Source: a virus
Virus record (IMG/VR): IMGVR_UViG_3300032223_002232
Location: 64,001-128,000 of that record
Direction: 5' to 3' (one strand)
Length of the DNA: 64,000 nucleotides
The notes under the pieces are model-generated. The model searched no databases and was not told the DNA's origin. It saw only the letters and a program-made list of their open reading frames with translations. Positions 21,069-30,482 of the stretch are shown here, piece after piece (within the stretch, counting starts at the first letter, position 1; each line of letters begins with the position of its first letter). A program made the position numbers and the translations under genes.

Positions 21069-22550
21069 TTAGTATAAACCCGGTGACCTTGTTGGCGTTG
21101 GTGTTGGATTACTAGTCTTAGTTGGAGTTGATGTTGGTACGTTTGTATAAATTGGTGTTGATGTAACGTTAACTGATGGTGTAATGCTAGGTGTAATGGT
21201 TGGTGTGTTTGTAGGCATTACTGTGTTAGTTGGAGTGTTTGTAGGTGTATTTGTAGGTGTATTTGAAACAGTCCTAGTAGGGAATGGCGTTCTTGTAATT
21301 GTTGCTGTAATTGATGGTGTTGGTGTATTTGTTGGTGTGTTAGTATTTGTAGGTGTGTTTGTTGGAGTATTTGTAGGTGTGTTTGTTGGAGTATTTGTAG
21401 GTGTAACCGTAATAGAAACCGTTATTGATGGAGTAGGTGTATTTGTTGGAGTATTTGTAGGTGTGTTTGTTGGAGTATTTGTAGGTGTTTCAGTATTTGT
21501 GGGTGTATTTGTTGGAGTATTTGTTGGAGTTTCAGTATTTGTGGGTGTATTTGTAGGTGTGTTTGTAGGTGTAACTGTAGGCGTTACTGTGTTTGTAGGT
21601 GTAACTGTGTTTGTAGGTGTATTTGTAGGTGTAACTGTGGGCGTTAATGATTTTGTAGGTGTATGCGTGACAGTATGAGTTGGTGTGACTGTATGAGTTG
21701 GTGTGACTGTATGAGTTATTGAAGGGGAAGGTGTGTTTGTCGGTGTAACAGTATAAGATGGTGTAACTGTTTTTGTGATAGTTGGTGTATTTGTTTGTGA
21801 AGGTGTAACTGTTACGGTTGGAGTATTTGTTGGTGTAACCGTAGGAGTTACAGTTGGAGTAACTGTATTTGTTTTTGTTGGAGTTTTTGTAATTGTTGGT
21901 GTTTGGCTTACGGTTTTTGTTATAGTATTGGTTGGTGTAAATGTTGGTGTATTAGATGGTGTGTTTGTAGGAGTTACGGTTGGTGTAACTGTAGGTGTAC
22001 TTGTAGGAGTTATAGTTGATGTTACAGTTGGTGTCGCTAAAGATGGATTTGTTGGTGTTACTGATGGTGTTGATCTTGGTAATACTGGTGCAATGTAAAC
22101 ATGTATACCAGATATACTTGGTGATTGAATATCAACAGCACCACTCCATGAACTTAAAAATGGTACAACACTACCATTTGTCAATGTACCATAACCCGCT
22201 TCGTTTTCGACTATGATATCAATGTATCCAGTTGTTTTTGGTATTTGTGGTAAAGTGAATGCAATATAATTTTCTTTATATATAAAAATTGGTATTATAA
22301 CTCCACTAAATGGTGGGTTGTATGATGATAAATTTTTTATATTAGAAAAATGATTTATATAAGTTAAATTATCAAACATATTAATGTCTGATGCACTTAA
22401 ATAAACAGCAGTTAAATTTTTAAGATCTTTTCCATGAACTAAAATGTTTAAATCTTTATCTGTAAAAAATGCAGAGTTATTTAAATATATTGTTTCATGA
22501 TTAACACCATGAATCAACGGTTTAGCATATATAAAAAATTCTTCGCTCAT
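21069..22550 (-). CDS. mucin-like Thr/Pro-rich repeat protein, probably virion-associated
   Basis: About 155 aa globular N-domain then about 330 aa of TPTN/TPTVTP repeats; between gp15 and gp20. Confidence 0.8.
   Translation of the reverse strand: MSEEFFIYAKPLIHGVNHETIYLNNSAFFTDKDLNILVHGKDLKNLTAVYLSASDINMFDNLTYINHFSNIKNLSSYNPPFSGVIIPIFIYKENYIAFTLPQIPKTTGYIDIIVENEAGYGTLTNGSVVPFLSSWSGAVDIQSPSISGIHVYIAPVLPRSTPSVTPTNPSLATPTVTSTITPTSTPTVTPTVTPTNTPSNTPTFTPTNTITKTVSQTPTITKTPTKTNTVTPTVTPTVTPTNTPTVTVTPSQTNTPTITKTVTPSYTVTPTNTPSPSITHTVTPTHTVTPTHTVTHTPTKSLTPTVTPTNTPTNTVTPTNTVTPTVTPTNTPTNTPTNTETPTNTPTNTPTNTETPTNTPTNTPTNTPTNTPTPSITVSITVTPTNTPTNTPTNTPTNTPTNTNTPTNTPTPSITATITRTPFPTRTVSNTPTNTPTNTPTNTVMPTNTPTITPSITPSVNVTSTPIYTNVPTSTPTKTSNPTPTPTRSPGLY
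21090..22070. repeat. degenerate coding tandem repeat, mostly 12/18-bp units
   Basis: gtatttgttgga / gtgtttgtaggt units encoding TPTN. Confidence 0.9.
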
Positions 22551-22552
22551 TA

Positions 22553-23293
22553 TTATGCTCCTGTTCCAAATATGTCTTCAAAATTTGTTATGAGTGAAGA
22601 TGTTTGTGGTGTTAATGTTCTACCATCATATGCAAAATAATTTGAATTTATTGTGTATATCTTTTTATAAGGATCTCCTATCTTTTTAAAGAACCATCCT
22701 TTAATTGTAAAGCTTGTTTCAGCTGTTATTCTAAATGGTGCTGTTGGTGCTAAATCTTGTGGATAAGCAATAGCAACATTCCCACTCCATAAAACTTCAT
22801 TTCTTAATTCATATGGTATTGACGAATTATGGATGTTCGGTATTTTCCAAGAAATTACAACATATGGATCTGTATATGGTATAAAATTATTTAATATTTG
22901 ATCCATATCTAATTGATACCTTGTAACAATTGTCATATTAACAGTAATATTAATTGGTACTGGTTGTAATATTTTTTTAATTAAAGCTTCTGAATTTGGT
23001 TCTTGATATTCGATATTAAATCCATCATTTTTATTAAAAACACGAGATTGATCTCTTGAAATGCCGCCAATGGTAACAGCAACAACTGGAACTGTTAAAC
23101 CACCCGGTGCTGGATTTTTTAAACTATTATAAACTCTTTGTTTTGGAGAATAAACATATAAAACTTTAAACCCACTTGTTGGCGCAACAATTGTATTACT
23201 ATGATCATATCTTTTTATGACAATATCATTAAATGCACCAATAAATTGTTCTAAAAGTGTTTGGGTCTCAAACCCAAATGTATAATTTTTCAT
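22553..23293 (-). CDS. gp15: tail completion / sheath stabiliser
   Basis: QFIGAFNDIVIKR, PVPINITVNM, DQILNNFIPY, SFTIKGWFF. Confidence 0.88.
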   Translation of the reverse strand: MKNYTFGFETQTLLEQFIGAFNDIVIKRYDHSNTIVAPTSGFKVLYVYSPKQRVYNSLKNPAPGGLTVPVVAVTIGGISRDQSRVFNKNDGFNIEYQEPNSEALIKKILQPVPINITVNMTIVTRYQLDMDQILNNFIPYTDPYVVISWKIPNIHNSSIPYELRNEVLWSGNVAIAYPQDLAPTAPFRITAETSFTIKGWFFKKIGDPYKKIYTINSNYFAYDGRTLTPQTSSLITNFEDIFGTGA

Positions 23294-23299
23294 CCGTTA

Positions 23300-23542
23300 T
23301 TACTTATTAGGTAATAATGTCTTTATATAATCAAAATCAATAACTTTTCGCACACAATTACAAAGTTCGTATGCTAAAGTATTGGTATCTCTACCGAAAT
23401 ACCCTCTATTTAAACATGTTTTACACTTTTTAGGATGTTCTTTTAATGGAACTTGACCAATATCAAGTAATTTTATATCATCAACTGGTACGGTGTAGTA
23501 TGTACCCGAAAATACGCTATATATCAATTTTTCCGCTTGCAT
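23300..23542 (-). CDS. small Zn-finger-like protein
   Basis: CKTCLNRG...CNC. Confidence 0.65.
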   Translation of the reverse strand: MQAEKLIYSVFSGTYYTVPVDDIKLLDIGQVPLKEHPKKCKTCLNRGYFGRDTNTLAYELCNCVRKVIDFDYIKTLLPNK

Positions 23543-23885
23543 TTATCAATAATATACTATCCCAGAACTTATTTCCACTTATTTTTTTAGGATATACTAA
23601 TAAATTAGTTTCAATTTCGGGTGCATGTTTAGCTAAAGTTTTAATTCTATAATCAAAATAAATTAAACTCTCATCTTCATGTATTTCAACATCGTAAGGA
23701 ATCGGTAATTCTATTTTTTCTTTACTTTTTTTAGCTGTATCCATTACTAGTGTAATATAAAAGTTTTTTTGATAAAATAATACAACCTTTCCTTGCTTGT
23801 AAGGTTTATTTTTTAATTCTAAAGTAATATTTTTTTGTAAAAGATATTTGCAAGCTTTTTCTATAGTTGTACCATGAATTGTCAT
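23517..23885 (-). CDS. hypothetical protein (possible Sm-like fold)
   Basis: 122 aa ORF; ITLELKNKPYKQGKVVLF resembles an Sm1 motif. Confidence 0.6.
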   Translation of the reverse strand: MTIHGTTIEKACKYLLQKNITLELKNKPYKQGKVVLFYQKNFYITLVMDTAKKSKEKIELPIPYDVEIHEDESLIYFDYRIKTLAKHAPEIETNLLVYPKKISGNKFWDSILLINASGKIDI

Positions 23886-23886
23886 A

Positions 23887-24339
23887 TTAATCGTTTATAT
23901 ACTGCATTCTTTGTGCAAGTGTCATTGGTTTTATTGCTTTATCAAAATAATCAATAAAATCTTGAACTGGTTCTGCTGGCATAGTATATGGTGGTGGCAT
24001 TATATATGCAGCCTTTACTGGAACGTTTCTCCAATCTTGTCTAAAAATATCCCAAACTGTAACCAATCCCTTTGCTTTTGCATTATATGGTGGGGATTGT
24101 GTCGGTGGTTTAAATTTTAATGTAATTTTACCAAATTCAGAATTTAAAAGTATTGGATTTAAAGTACATAACATTCTTCTTGTTACACCTTTGTATTTGT
24201 TTAAATTACCTCTTGGATTAAAAACAAGTTCAACCACATTTTTTTGACATAATTTAAAAAAATTATCAACACTATATGTTTGTGAAACATATATTGGTTT
24301 AGGAGGTGTTTTTTGTGGTGCAACCTTTTGTGTAGGCAT
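23887..24339 (-). CDS. DUF2693/WYL_2-like SH3-fold protein
   Basis: VVELVF...RRMLCTLN...VTVWDIFRQDWRN. Confidence 0.75.
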   Translation of the reverse strand: MPTQKVAPQKTPPKPIYVSQTYSVDNFFKLCQKNVVELVFNPRGNLNKYKGVTRRMLCTLNPILLNSEFGKITLKFKPPTQSPPYNAKAKGLVTVWDIFRQDWRNVPVKAAYIMPPPYTMPAEPVQDFIDYFDKAIKPMTLAQRMQYIND

Positions 24340-24342
24340 TTA

Positions 24343-24723
24343 TTATTTTTCTTCCTCGCAAACACCAAATATTCTTGATTCATTCAAGAATACTATGTGC
24401 TTTAAATCATTAAGATTTGCAACTTGAATACCTTTGTCATTTGGGAAAACAACAATATCACCCTTCTTAACAGTTTTGCAATCAGGTCCAGCTAAAACAA
24501 CTTTAGCCAACCTCCATGTAAAATTAACAGCATTAATTGGAACCCAAATATTGCCTCTTTTAATTTCCGTACCATCATCATTAAGGTCAATAAATTGACA
24601 CATTAAGATATCATCTAAAACTTTTTTAAGTTTCCAACCTTCAAGGTTAAAACTACTTCCTTGATAATTATCGATTTGAACTTTGCCGCCAATGCGGTCT
24701 TCTTGTGGAGGTCTAGGTATCAT
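24343..24723 (-). CDS. groES: co-chaperonin GroES (gp31-like)
   Basis: AKVVLAGPDCKTVKKGDIVVF...FLNESRIFGV. Confidence 0.85.
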   Translation of the reverse strand: MIPRPPQEDRIGGKVQIDNYQGSSFNLEGWKLKKVLDDILMCQFIDLNDDGTEIKRGNIWVPINAVNFTWRLAKVVLAGPDCKTVKKGDIVVFPNDKGIQVANLNDLKHIVFLNESRIFGVCEEEK

Positions 24724-24731
24724 ATTTGCAT

Positions 24732-25103
24732 TTATTTAGTACTAATACTAAATTCTGCAAGTGCATCTTTAAAAAAATCTATTTCTCTTTGAGAACATTC
24801 CATTAATGATGCCATATTAACATCTTCATCGTGTTCTTTTTCTTTAACTTTCTTTTTTATATAAACTAATCTCTTATTGTATTTAGGTAATAATAATCTA
24901 TAAAACTCTTCTATATTAAATTCAGGAACTTGCCTACACCATTTGTTAGTTGTGAGATTTATAATTCTACAAAAACCACTATTAGCCATTGATAACCACC
25001 TATTAACTAAAAATATAGGTGGTTTGTAATTTTTGGGTGGTTGATTTTTGTTCTTTAAAACATAATCAATAAACTCAAATAAACTATTATCTTTATATTT
25101 CAC
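24732..25103 (-). CDS. gp62: clamp loader small subunit
   Basis: LFEFIDYV..K, PIFLVNRWLSM, typical size. Confidence 0.7.
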   Translation of the reverse strand: MKYKDNSLFEFIDYVLKNKNQPPKNYKPPIFLVNRWLSMANSGFCRIINLTTNKWCRQVPEFNIEEFYRLLLPKYNKRLVYIKKKVKEKEHDEDVNMASLMECSQREIDFFKDALAEFSISTK

Positions 25104-25777
25104 TTTTTATAAAACTTCTTAAAAATTTCAGCACTTTGATGCCATTCTGGTGAATTCATACTATCACCAAGACCAAAATGCGTCAACTTAATTGGAGCAA
25201 CACCTATTTTAAGCTTGTTTTCATTAGCTCTTAAACAAAATGTTATGTCATAATGATGAAATCCAAACTTTTCATCAAAGAATGTGTTTGTATCAATTAA
25301 TTTTGCAACATTAACTGCTATAAAAAGACCATCAATCACCAATGCTCTTGAATCTGTTAACCCAAAAATAGAAGTCCATACGTTTTTACCACTTGAATGT
25401 GCAACTTCACCTACATGATTATCTCTACTGGACATTAAATGCCATGCTGGAACTTGTGCAGATAAATCGCAAGTAGTTGCACCAGCTAAACCTACAATAT
25501 CATATTTTTCAAAAGCTATATTAAGTTTTTCTTCAAGAAAAAGATCATCAATTAATACATCATCATGTACAAATATTAATTTTTTATCTCTGTTAGCTAA
25601 TGTAAAGAATGAATTATACACAATAGGAAGACCTTTTGTATTTTCATACACAATTTCACATGAATTTGTATAACCAGCTTTTTCTAAAAAAAGCCCAATT
25701 TGAGACTTTTCCCAGAAATCATTATGATTATATTGAGTTGCTACTATAAATTTATAATTATTTGGTGATTTAGACAT
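25100..25777 (-). CDS. GT-A fold glycosyltransferase (Glyco_tranf_2_5-like)
   Basis: IFVHDDV, IVGLAG, VIDGLFIAV, FDEKFGFHHYDITFC; start re-called at 25777. Confidence 0.8.
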   Translation of the reverse strand: MSKSPNNYKFIVATQYNHNDFWEKSQIGLFLEKAGYTNSCEIVYENTKGLPIVYNSFFTLANRDKKLIFVHDDVLIDDLFLEEKLNIAFEKYDIVGLAGATTCDLSAQVPAWHLMSSRDNHVGEVAHSSGKNVWTSIFGLTDSRALVIDGLFIAVNVAKLIDTNTFFDEKFGFHHYDITFCLRANENKLKIGVAPIKLTHFGLGDSMNSPEWHQSAEIFKKFYKK

Positions 25778-25800
25778 GTTTAAGAGTAAATATATCATAT

Positions 25801-26424
25801 ATGGCAACGAAATCAAATAAGAAAATCAATAAAAGTGGTAAAATTGCTGAACCACCTAAGAGATTTAAGGATAAATCTACAGAAAAAGCTGTTGAAAAGG
25901 TGAAACGTCTTTCAGCAGGATTAGATGAATCTCATAAGCCATTTGCAGCAAGATTTTTATTCTCTCTTATTAAAGAACAAGATGAGGCTCCAATTGAAGC
26001 TGAACCAGTTGAAGATGAAGGTGCTGAAATGAGTGATGCAAAGTCACCAGAAGATTTTACACCAGAAGGTGATAGAGAAGCTTTTGATCAATCTTTAGAA
26101 CCACAAACCGATCCAAATCAATTTGAAACTGAAGGTGTTCCACCAGAAATGACATCTGATACAATTAATCAGATTCAAGAATGGTCTGGTAAACTTAATG
26201 AATTTGCTGAGTTCTTGAACGATCCGACAACAAATTCACTTCACAAAATTCTTGCTGATGGTGATAGAGCAGGTAGTCTTCTCCGTGGTGTAACTCGTAA
26301 AGCTTCTGATTCAATCACTCGTATTGCTGGTGAAGTTGAAAAGCTTAAAGAAATTCTTAATACATATATCATCACAGCACCTAAGAAGATGCGTGATACT
26401 GAACAGTTAAGAGCTGGTAGTTAA
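25801..26424 (+). CDS. hypothetical late protein, possibly internal head protein
   Basis: 207 aa, basic N-terminus and acidic middle; TAAATA 8 nt upstream. Confidence 0.7.
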   Translation: MATKSNKKINKSGKIAEPPKRFKDKSTEKAVEKVKRLSAGLDESHKPFAARFLFSLIKEQDEAPIEAEPVEDEGAEMSDAKSPEDFTPEGDREAFDQSLEPQTDPNQFETEGVPPEMTSDTINQIQEWSGKLNEFAEFLNDPTTNSLHKILADGDRAGSLLRGVTRKASDSITRIAGEVEKLKEILNTYIITAPKKMRDTEQLRAGS

Positions 26425-26426
26425 TC

Positions 26427-26690
26427 ATGAAAGATAAAGATCAAATTCTTTTAGAAAAAACTTATGATGATGAAATAAGAGATCACACAAGATTTCATCA
26501 CAAACCAATGCCTAAAGATTGGGACAAAGGTTTTGAATACCCAATAAAAATAGGTGCTAATGGTCATGAAGTACCATTTCAAAAAGATAATAATTGGTAT
26601 TTAAGAGTTTGGAATGCCAAAACTAAAAAACATTATCTATATTCCTATTCGGAAGATATGTATTACCCCGATACGCATTTCATGGGTTAA
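26427..26690 (+). CDS. hypothetical protein
   Basis: 87 aa ORF starting MKDKDQILLE. Confidence 0.65.
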   Translation: MKDKDQILLEKTYDDEIRDHTRFHHKPMPKDWDKGFEYPIKIGANGHEVPFQKDNNWYLRVWNAKTKKHYLYSYSEDMYYPDTHFMG

Positions 26691-27646
26691 ACAAAATTAC
26701 TAGTTATAATTTTGTAATCCACTTCATCTAATCTTTTATCAACGCACATGTCGTTGAAATCTTTATAAGGCATATTAGAATCCCAAAGAAATATTTGTTC
26801 TCCTTGGCTTACTAATTCTCTTGTTTTCCTATTAGCAGTCTCATCAAACTTTGGATTATCTAAAACCCAAATCCTTCTATGAAAAGGAAATTCTGCAAAT
26901 TGCATCATTTGCTTTTCTGAAATAGATAACCCAGCAAGACTAACTCCGTTACGGACAAACATTGAATCTATTGGACCCTCAAACATGAAAATATATGGTA
27001 TGTCATTTGTGACCCTATCAATACCAAATACAGTTTTATCAGATCCAAATTTACCAAGGTATCTTGGTTGTGAGTGATCCATAGCTCTAGTCTGATAGAA
27101 AGCTACTTTTTTATTTCTATCATAAAATGGTATACATAATCTATTTTTGTGTGTAAAATCAGTTAAACTTATAAAAAGATTAGGAGACTTATTTACCGCA
27201 GTATGCAATCTTCTTTGCTTAACATATTCCAATGCTTTATAAAAAGAACCATTCTTGGAATAAAACTGTTGCTGGATATCATCAAATAAATTTATTGAAT
27301 CGTGTGGCAAATCTGGTACTTCTTTATATCTAACAAATTCTGTATGAGATTTATTAGATACATCCGTTGAAAATGTATTACTGCTAATTTCTTCATCCAA
27401 TTCATCTTTAGTTATGTTACAAACACTGGTAATCCAAGAATAAGCAGACCATGTTTTAGAACAGTTAAAACAATGGAATGTATTTGTCTTTGGATAAAAA
27501 AATAATCTTTTCTTTTTACCAAAACTTTTACCTTCTTTACAAACAGGACAAGCAGCATTATAAGTTCCATCATGTTTCCTGAATACAGGATCTATAGCAT
27601 GACTATAAAACTTATTTAAAATATAGCTTTCGGGTATTTTACTCAC
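26687..27646 (-). CDS. gp61: DNA primase
   Basis: Zn finger CPVC...HCFNC, TOPRIM FEGPIDSMF, VLDN, KDFND; GTG start at 27646. Confidence 0.95.
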   Translation of the reverse strand: MSKIPESYILNKFYSHAIDPVFRKHDGTYNAACPVCKEGKSFGKKKRLFFYPKTNTFHCFNCSKTWSAYSWITSVCNITKDELDEEISSNTFSTDVSNKSHTEFVRYKEVPDLPHDSINLFDDIQQQFYSKNGSFYKALEYVKQRRLHTAVNKSPNLFISLTDFTHKNRLCIPFYDRNKKVAFYQTRAMDHSQPRYLGKFGSDKTVFGIDRVTNDIPYIFMFEGPIDSMFVRNGVSLAGLSISEKQMMQFAEFPFHRRIWVLDNPKFDETANRKTRELVSQGEQIFLWDSNMPYKDFNDMCVDKRLDEVDYKIITSNFV

Positions 27647-27652
27647 AACCAA

Positions 27653-27681
27653 ATCTTATCATGCTTGTGATAAGATGTCAA
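27653..27681 (-). promoter_or_regulatory. sigma70-type promoter for primase with 9-bp inverted repeat
   Basis: TTGACA-17nt-TAAGAT, GTG 6 nt downstream; ATCTTATCA/TGATAAGAT. Confidence 0.75.
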
Positions 27682-27682
27682 T

Positions 27683-28366
27683 TTACAAATGACCCATGTC
27701 CTTTTGGATATCTTTAAGAGTTTGCTCCGATGCTGGTAAGATTTCATTAAGAAGACTTTGATCTTCACCATATCCCTTACCATCTTCCATAATATAAAAT
27801 CCTGTCATTGCAACCCTTTCTTCGGGACTACCAAAAATCTCAATAACTGCTGGTGAATCATCTTTAGGAAAAATTCTACCATCACCTTTATGATAAGTCT
27901 CTTGAAATGCTTTAAAAATAAAATCGATTTCTTCTCTGAATATAGGATCAATATCCCTAAATCCATCATCCTTAATATCTACAGGTGATACTTTTGTTAT
28001 TGGTAAGAAAAACAAAACATCATAAAGTCTTAATGTTTCTCTAACTAATATTCTTTGCTGATCTAATAGTTCATCAGATAATTTACCTTTTAAATTAAGC
28101 CAAGATGAATATGCAAGGCAATCTAAAACAGAACGATCAAATATTACGTTATCTTCTTTTGAATACTGTGTAACTTGATCAATTAAAAAATTTAATATTA
28201 CAACTTGAGTATCTGATGTTGCATTTGCACTGTGTGGTAGATTTTTTTCTTTAAGAATATCCCTGTAAGACTTATCAGGAGTCGTATACATAGGCCATTT
28301 CTTTAAGAAATCCTTTATATAAGTTGATTTACCAACGCATTGAGTTCCAATTACAGCTATTTTCAT
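27683..28366 (-). CDS. P-loop nucleotide kinase (AAA_28/dNMP kinase-like)
   Basis: GTQCVGKST, IFDRSVLD. Confidence 0.75.
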   Translation of the reverse strand: MKIAVIGTQCVGKSTYIKDFLKKWPMYTTPDKSYRDILKEKNLPHSANATSDTQVVILNFLIDQVTQYSKEDNVIFDRSVLDCLAYSSWLNLKGKLSDELLDQQRILVRETLRLYDVLFFLPITKVSPVDIKDDGFRDIDPIFREEIDFIFKAFQETYHKGDGRIFPKDDSPAVIEIFGSPEERVAMTGFYIMEDGKGYGEDQSLLNEILPASEQTLKDIQKDMGHL

Positions 28367-28370
28367 ACTA

Positions 28371-28676
28371 CTATATATCGCTAGTGATGTGTTTTTCCAT
28401 TTTTAAATCTTTAGTTATTTCAGGAAAGTATTTTTTAATTTCATTTGAATGCTCATCATGAAATTCTGTATCTTTACTCTCATACAAATAAACATTTTCT
28501 AAAACTATTTCAGGGAAACATTTCCTTATCTTTTGTGCAACTTCAAATGCTAATAAAACATTTTCTTTATACCAATCAGCACATACATCAGTTGATGATG
28601 AAAATAATAATGATTCTAAAATGATTGCTATTTCCTTTTTAGAAAGTGAATTTAAACTATATGATTGATTGTTCAT
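28371..28676 (-). CDS. hypothetical protein
   Basis: Start re-called at 28676 after TTGATT-16-TAAAAT. Confidence 0.65.
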   Translation of the reverse strand: MNNQSYSLNSLSKKEIAIILESLLFSSSTDVCADWYKENVLLAFEVAQKIRKCFPEIVLENVYLYESKDTEFHDEHSNEIKKYFPEITKDLKMEKHITSDI

Positions 28677-28720
28677 GTTTATTATTTTACTAATAAACCA
28701 GAACAAATCAAATATTATTT

Positions 28721-29152
28721 TTAACCAGTTGGGAAAGTGCCACCATCTGCTGGTGCATTTAAATCTTCAACTGGAACTTCAGAACTTTCTTGATTTGGAT
28801 CAACTATACCACTCAAAGCTTGAACAACTTTCTTTATATCTTCATCTTTGTTGGGATCTATCTTACCTAATGAATTTAACTTTTTTGCTAAAGCATCAGA
28901 TTCACCTAAATTTTTTTGTAAATATTCAGCTAAAAATTTAACCATGTTTACAATTTGATCATTTGTAACAATATGAGTTGGATCTGATGATGGTTCTGGT
29001 GCTATTTCTGGACCAGCATTTTCTGGCGTTGCATCAGTTAAACCTGCTTCTGGTGCGGGTGCGGCGTTTGGATCTACAGGTGCAGGTGGAACTTCACCAG
29101 CTTCTTTTAAGAAAGCTTCAACTTTTTCACAAAGTGCTAAAAATTTACTCAT
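28721..29152 (-). CDS. hypothetical acidic Pro/Ala-rich late protein
   Basis: MSKFLALCEKVEAFLKE; TAAATA 4 nt upstream of ATG 29152. Confidence 0.7.
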   Translation of the reverse strand: MSKFLALCEKVEAFLKEAGEVPPAPVDPNAAPAPEAGLTDATPENAGPEIAPEPSSDPTHIVTNDQIVNMVKFLAEYLQKNLGESDALAKKLNSLGKIDPNKDEDIKKVVQALSGIVDPNQESSEVPVEDLNAPADGGTFPTG

Positions 29153-29265
29153 ATTATATTTACCAGTGTAACCACCAAAAACTGCCACATTCTTCAAATG
29201 CTGCAATTATTTCATTCCATAAATTTTTAATTGACATATTTAATATTTACCATAACATATAGTAT

Positions 29266-29808
29266 ATGACATTTCAAGAAAAACTTAAAAGTGAAACAAG
29301 AATAAATCACGATGCTACTGAACAGCATCCTTTCAATGAAATTTTAATGAAAGGTGAACTTGATGATCAAAAATATTATCTTTATCTCAAGAACATCGTA
29401 ACCGTTTATGATTATGTTGAAAAAAGATTAGGTCTTAAAGGTGAACTCATTCGTTCTTCATTAATTTATAATGATATCATGGCTTATTGTAAATCTGGAT
29501 GTTATTATGATTGTAACGATTACTTTGTACATGATTGGGTTGAAACCCTTGCTCAAAAATCAGATAAGGCACTTCTTTCTGAGCTTTATGTCGAATGGCT
29601 TAAAGATGTTTATGGTGGTCAGATCATTTCAAAGAAAGTAAAGTATAACAGTCATCTTAAATTTAATGATACAAAGAATACTGCTCTTGCTGTTAGATCT
29701 TTGTTAAACATTTCAGCTGAAGAAGAAAAGAATTTTATCTTTGAAGTCAATCGTACATATGTTAATCATTACAAGTTAATGGATGACATCATGTACAAAT
29801 CAAAATGA
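29266..29808 (+). CDS. heme oxygenase family protein
   Basis: LKSETRINHDATEQHPF (proximal His), YVEWLKDVYGGQII; TTGACA promoter at 29231. Confidence 0.85.
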   Translation: MTFQEKLKSETRINHDATEQHPFNEILMKGELDDQKYYLYLKNIVTVYDYVEKRLGLKGELIRSSLIYNDIMAYCKSGCYYDCNDYFVHDWVETLAQKSDKALLSELYVEWLKDVYGGQIISKKVKYNSHLKFNDTKNTALAVRSLLNISAEEEKNFIFEVNRTYVNHYKLMDDIMYKSK

Positions 29809-30482
29809 TTGAAACTCTTTACAATGAATATCAAAAGCTTGCTAAACAAAGCTTCCAAAATATTTCACTTCATGGTAACCATGATAACAAGGATATTATA
29901 TGGTATAATGATCTTTACTTGTCTCCTAGCGTTAGGTATGGGCATGTGGAATACTTTAAAGCCCAAGGAAGAGTGGAAGTACTCCATGCAGTATTTTACC
30001 CTTCCTTCTTCAAGCCTATTCCGATATTCGGTTTCGATATTATTGCCCTCGGAGGCAAAGTAACTGGTTTGTTTTGTGATTTTACTCGTGCTCCTTTTCA
30101 AATAGAAGCTTTATCTCGTTCTTTAAAAGATTTAAAACACAAATATAAAGATAATTTAAGGACAATACCTGAATGGGCTAATTTCTTTTCTGAAGATTTT
30201 GTTTGTATTAACCCGAATGGTCTTAATGAAAAAGAATTAATAGAAGATTTTTCAGGTATATTCAGGTGTTTTATCGGGTATAGTAATTGGGAGGACTATA
30301 CTGGCAAATATAATAAAATGGAAGACGTTAAAATGTCTATTGAATGTCAAAATTCATATTCTATAAATCAACGTAAGAATGATAAGACATCAAAAGCTCT
30401 TACTGCATATATTGGAGAAGATAAAGCCAAAGAATTTATAGAGAATGTATTGTTTCCTGTATATAGGGAATATACCTTTTAA
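29805..30482 (+). CDS. ferredoxin-dependent bilin reductase (PcyA/PcyX/pre-PcyA-like)
   Basis: RYGHVE, VLHAVFYP, PIFGFD, RTIPEWANFFS, QRKNDKT, VLFP; overlaps the HO stop codon. Confidence 0.88.
   Translation: MIETLYNEYQKLAKQSFQNISLHGNHDNKDIIWYNDLYLSPSVRYGHVEYFKAQGRVEVLHAVFYPSFFKPIPIFGFDIIALGGKVTGLFCDFTRAPFQIEALSRSLKDLKHKYKDNLRTIPEWANFFSEDFVCINPNGLNEKELIEDFSGIFRCFIGYSNWEDYTGKYNKMEDVKMSIECQNSYSINQRKNDKTSKALTAYIGEDKAKEFIENVLFPVYREYTF

Noticed and set aside
21090-22070. Possible CRISPR array
   Set aside because: Units are degenerate at codon third positions, in frame, with no unique spacers
21184-22098. Plus-strand (VGVF)n ORFs
   Set aside because: Antisense shadow of the TPTN repeat gene
29266-30482. 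Calling the phage a cyanophage from HO + bilin reductase
   Set aside because: No other cyanophage marker genes in the window, and such pairs also occur outside cyanophages; host unresolved
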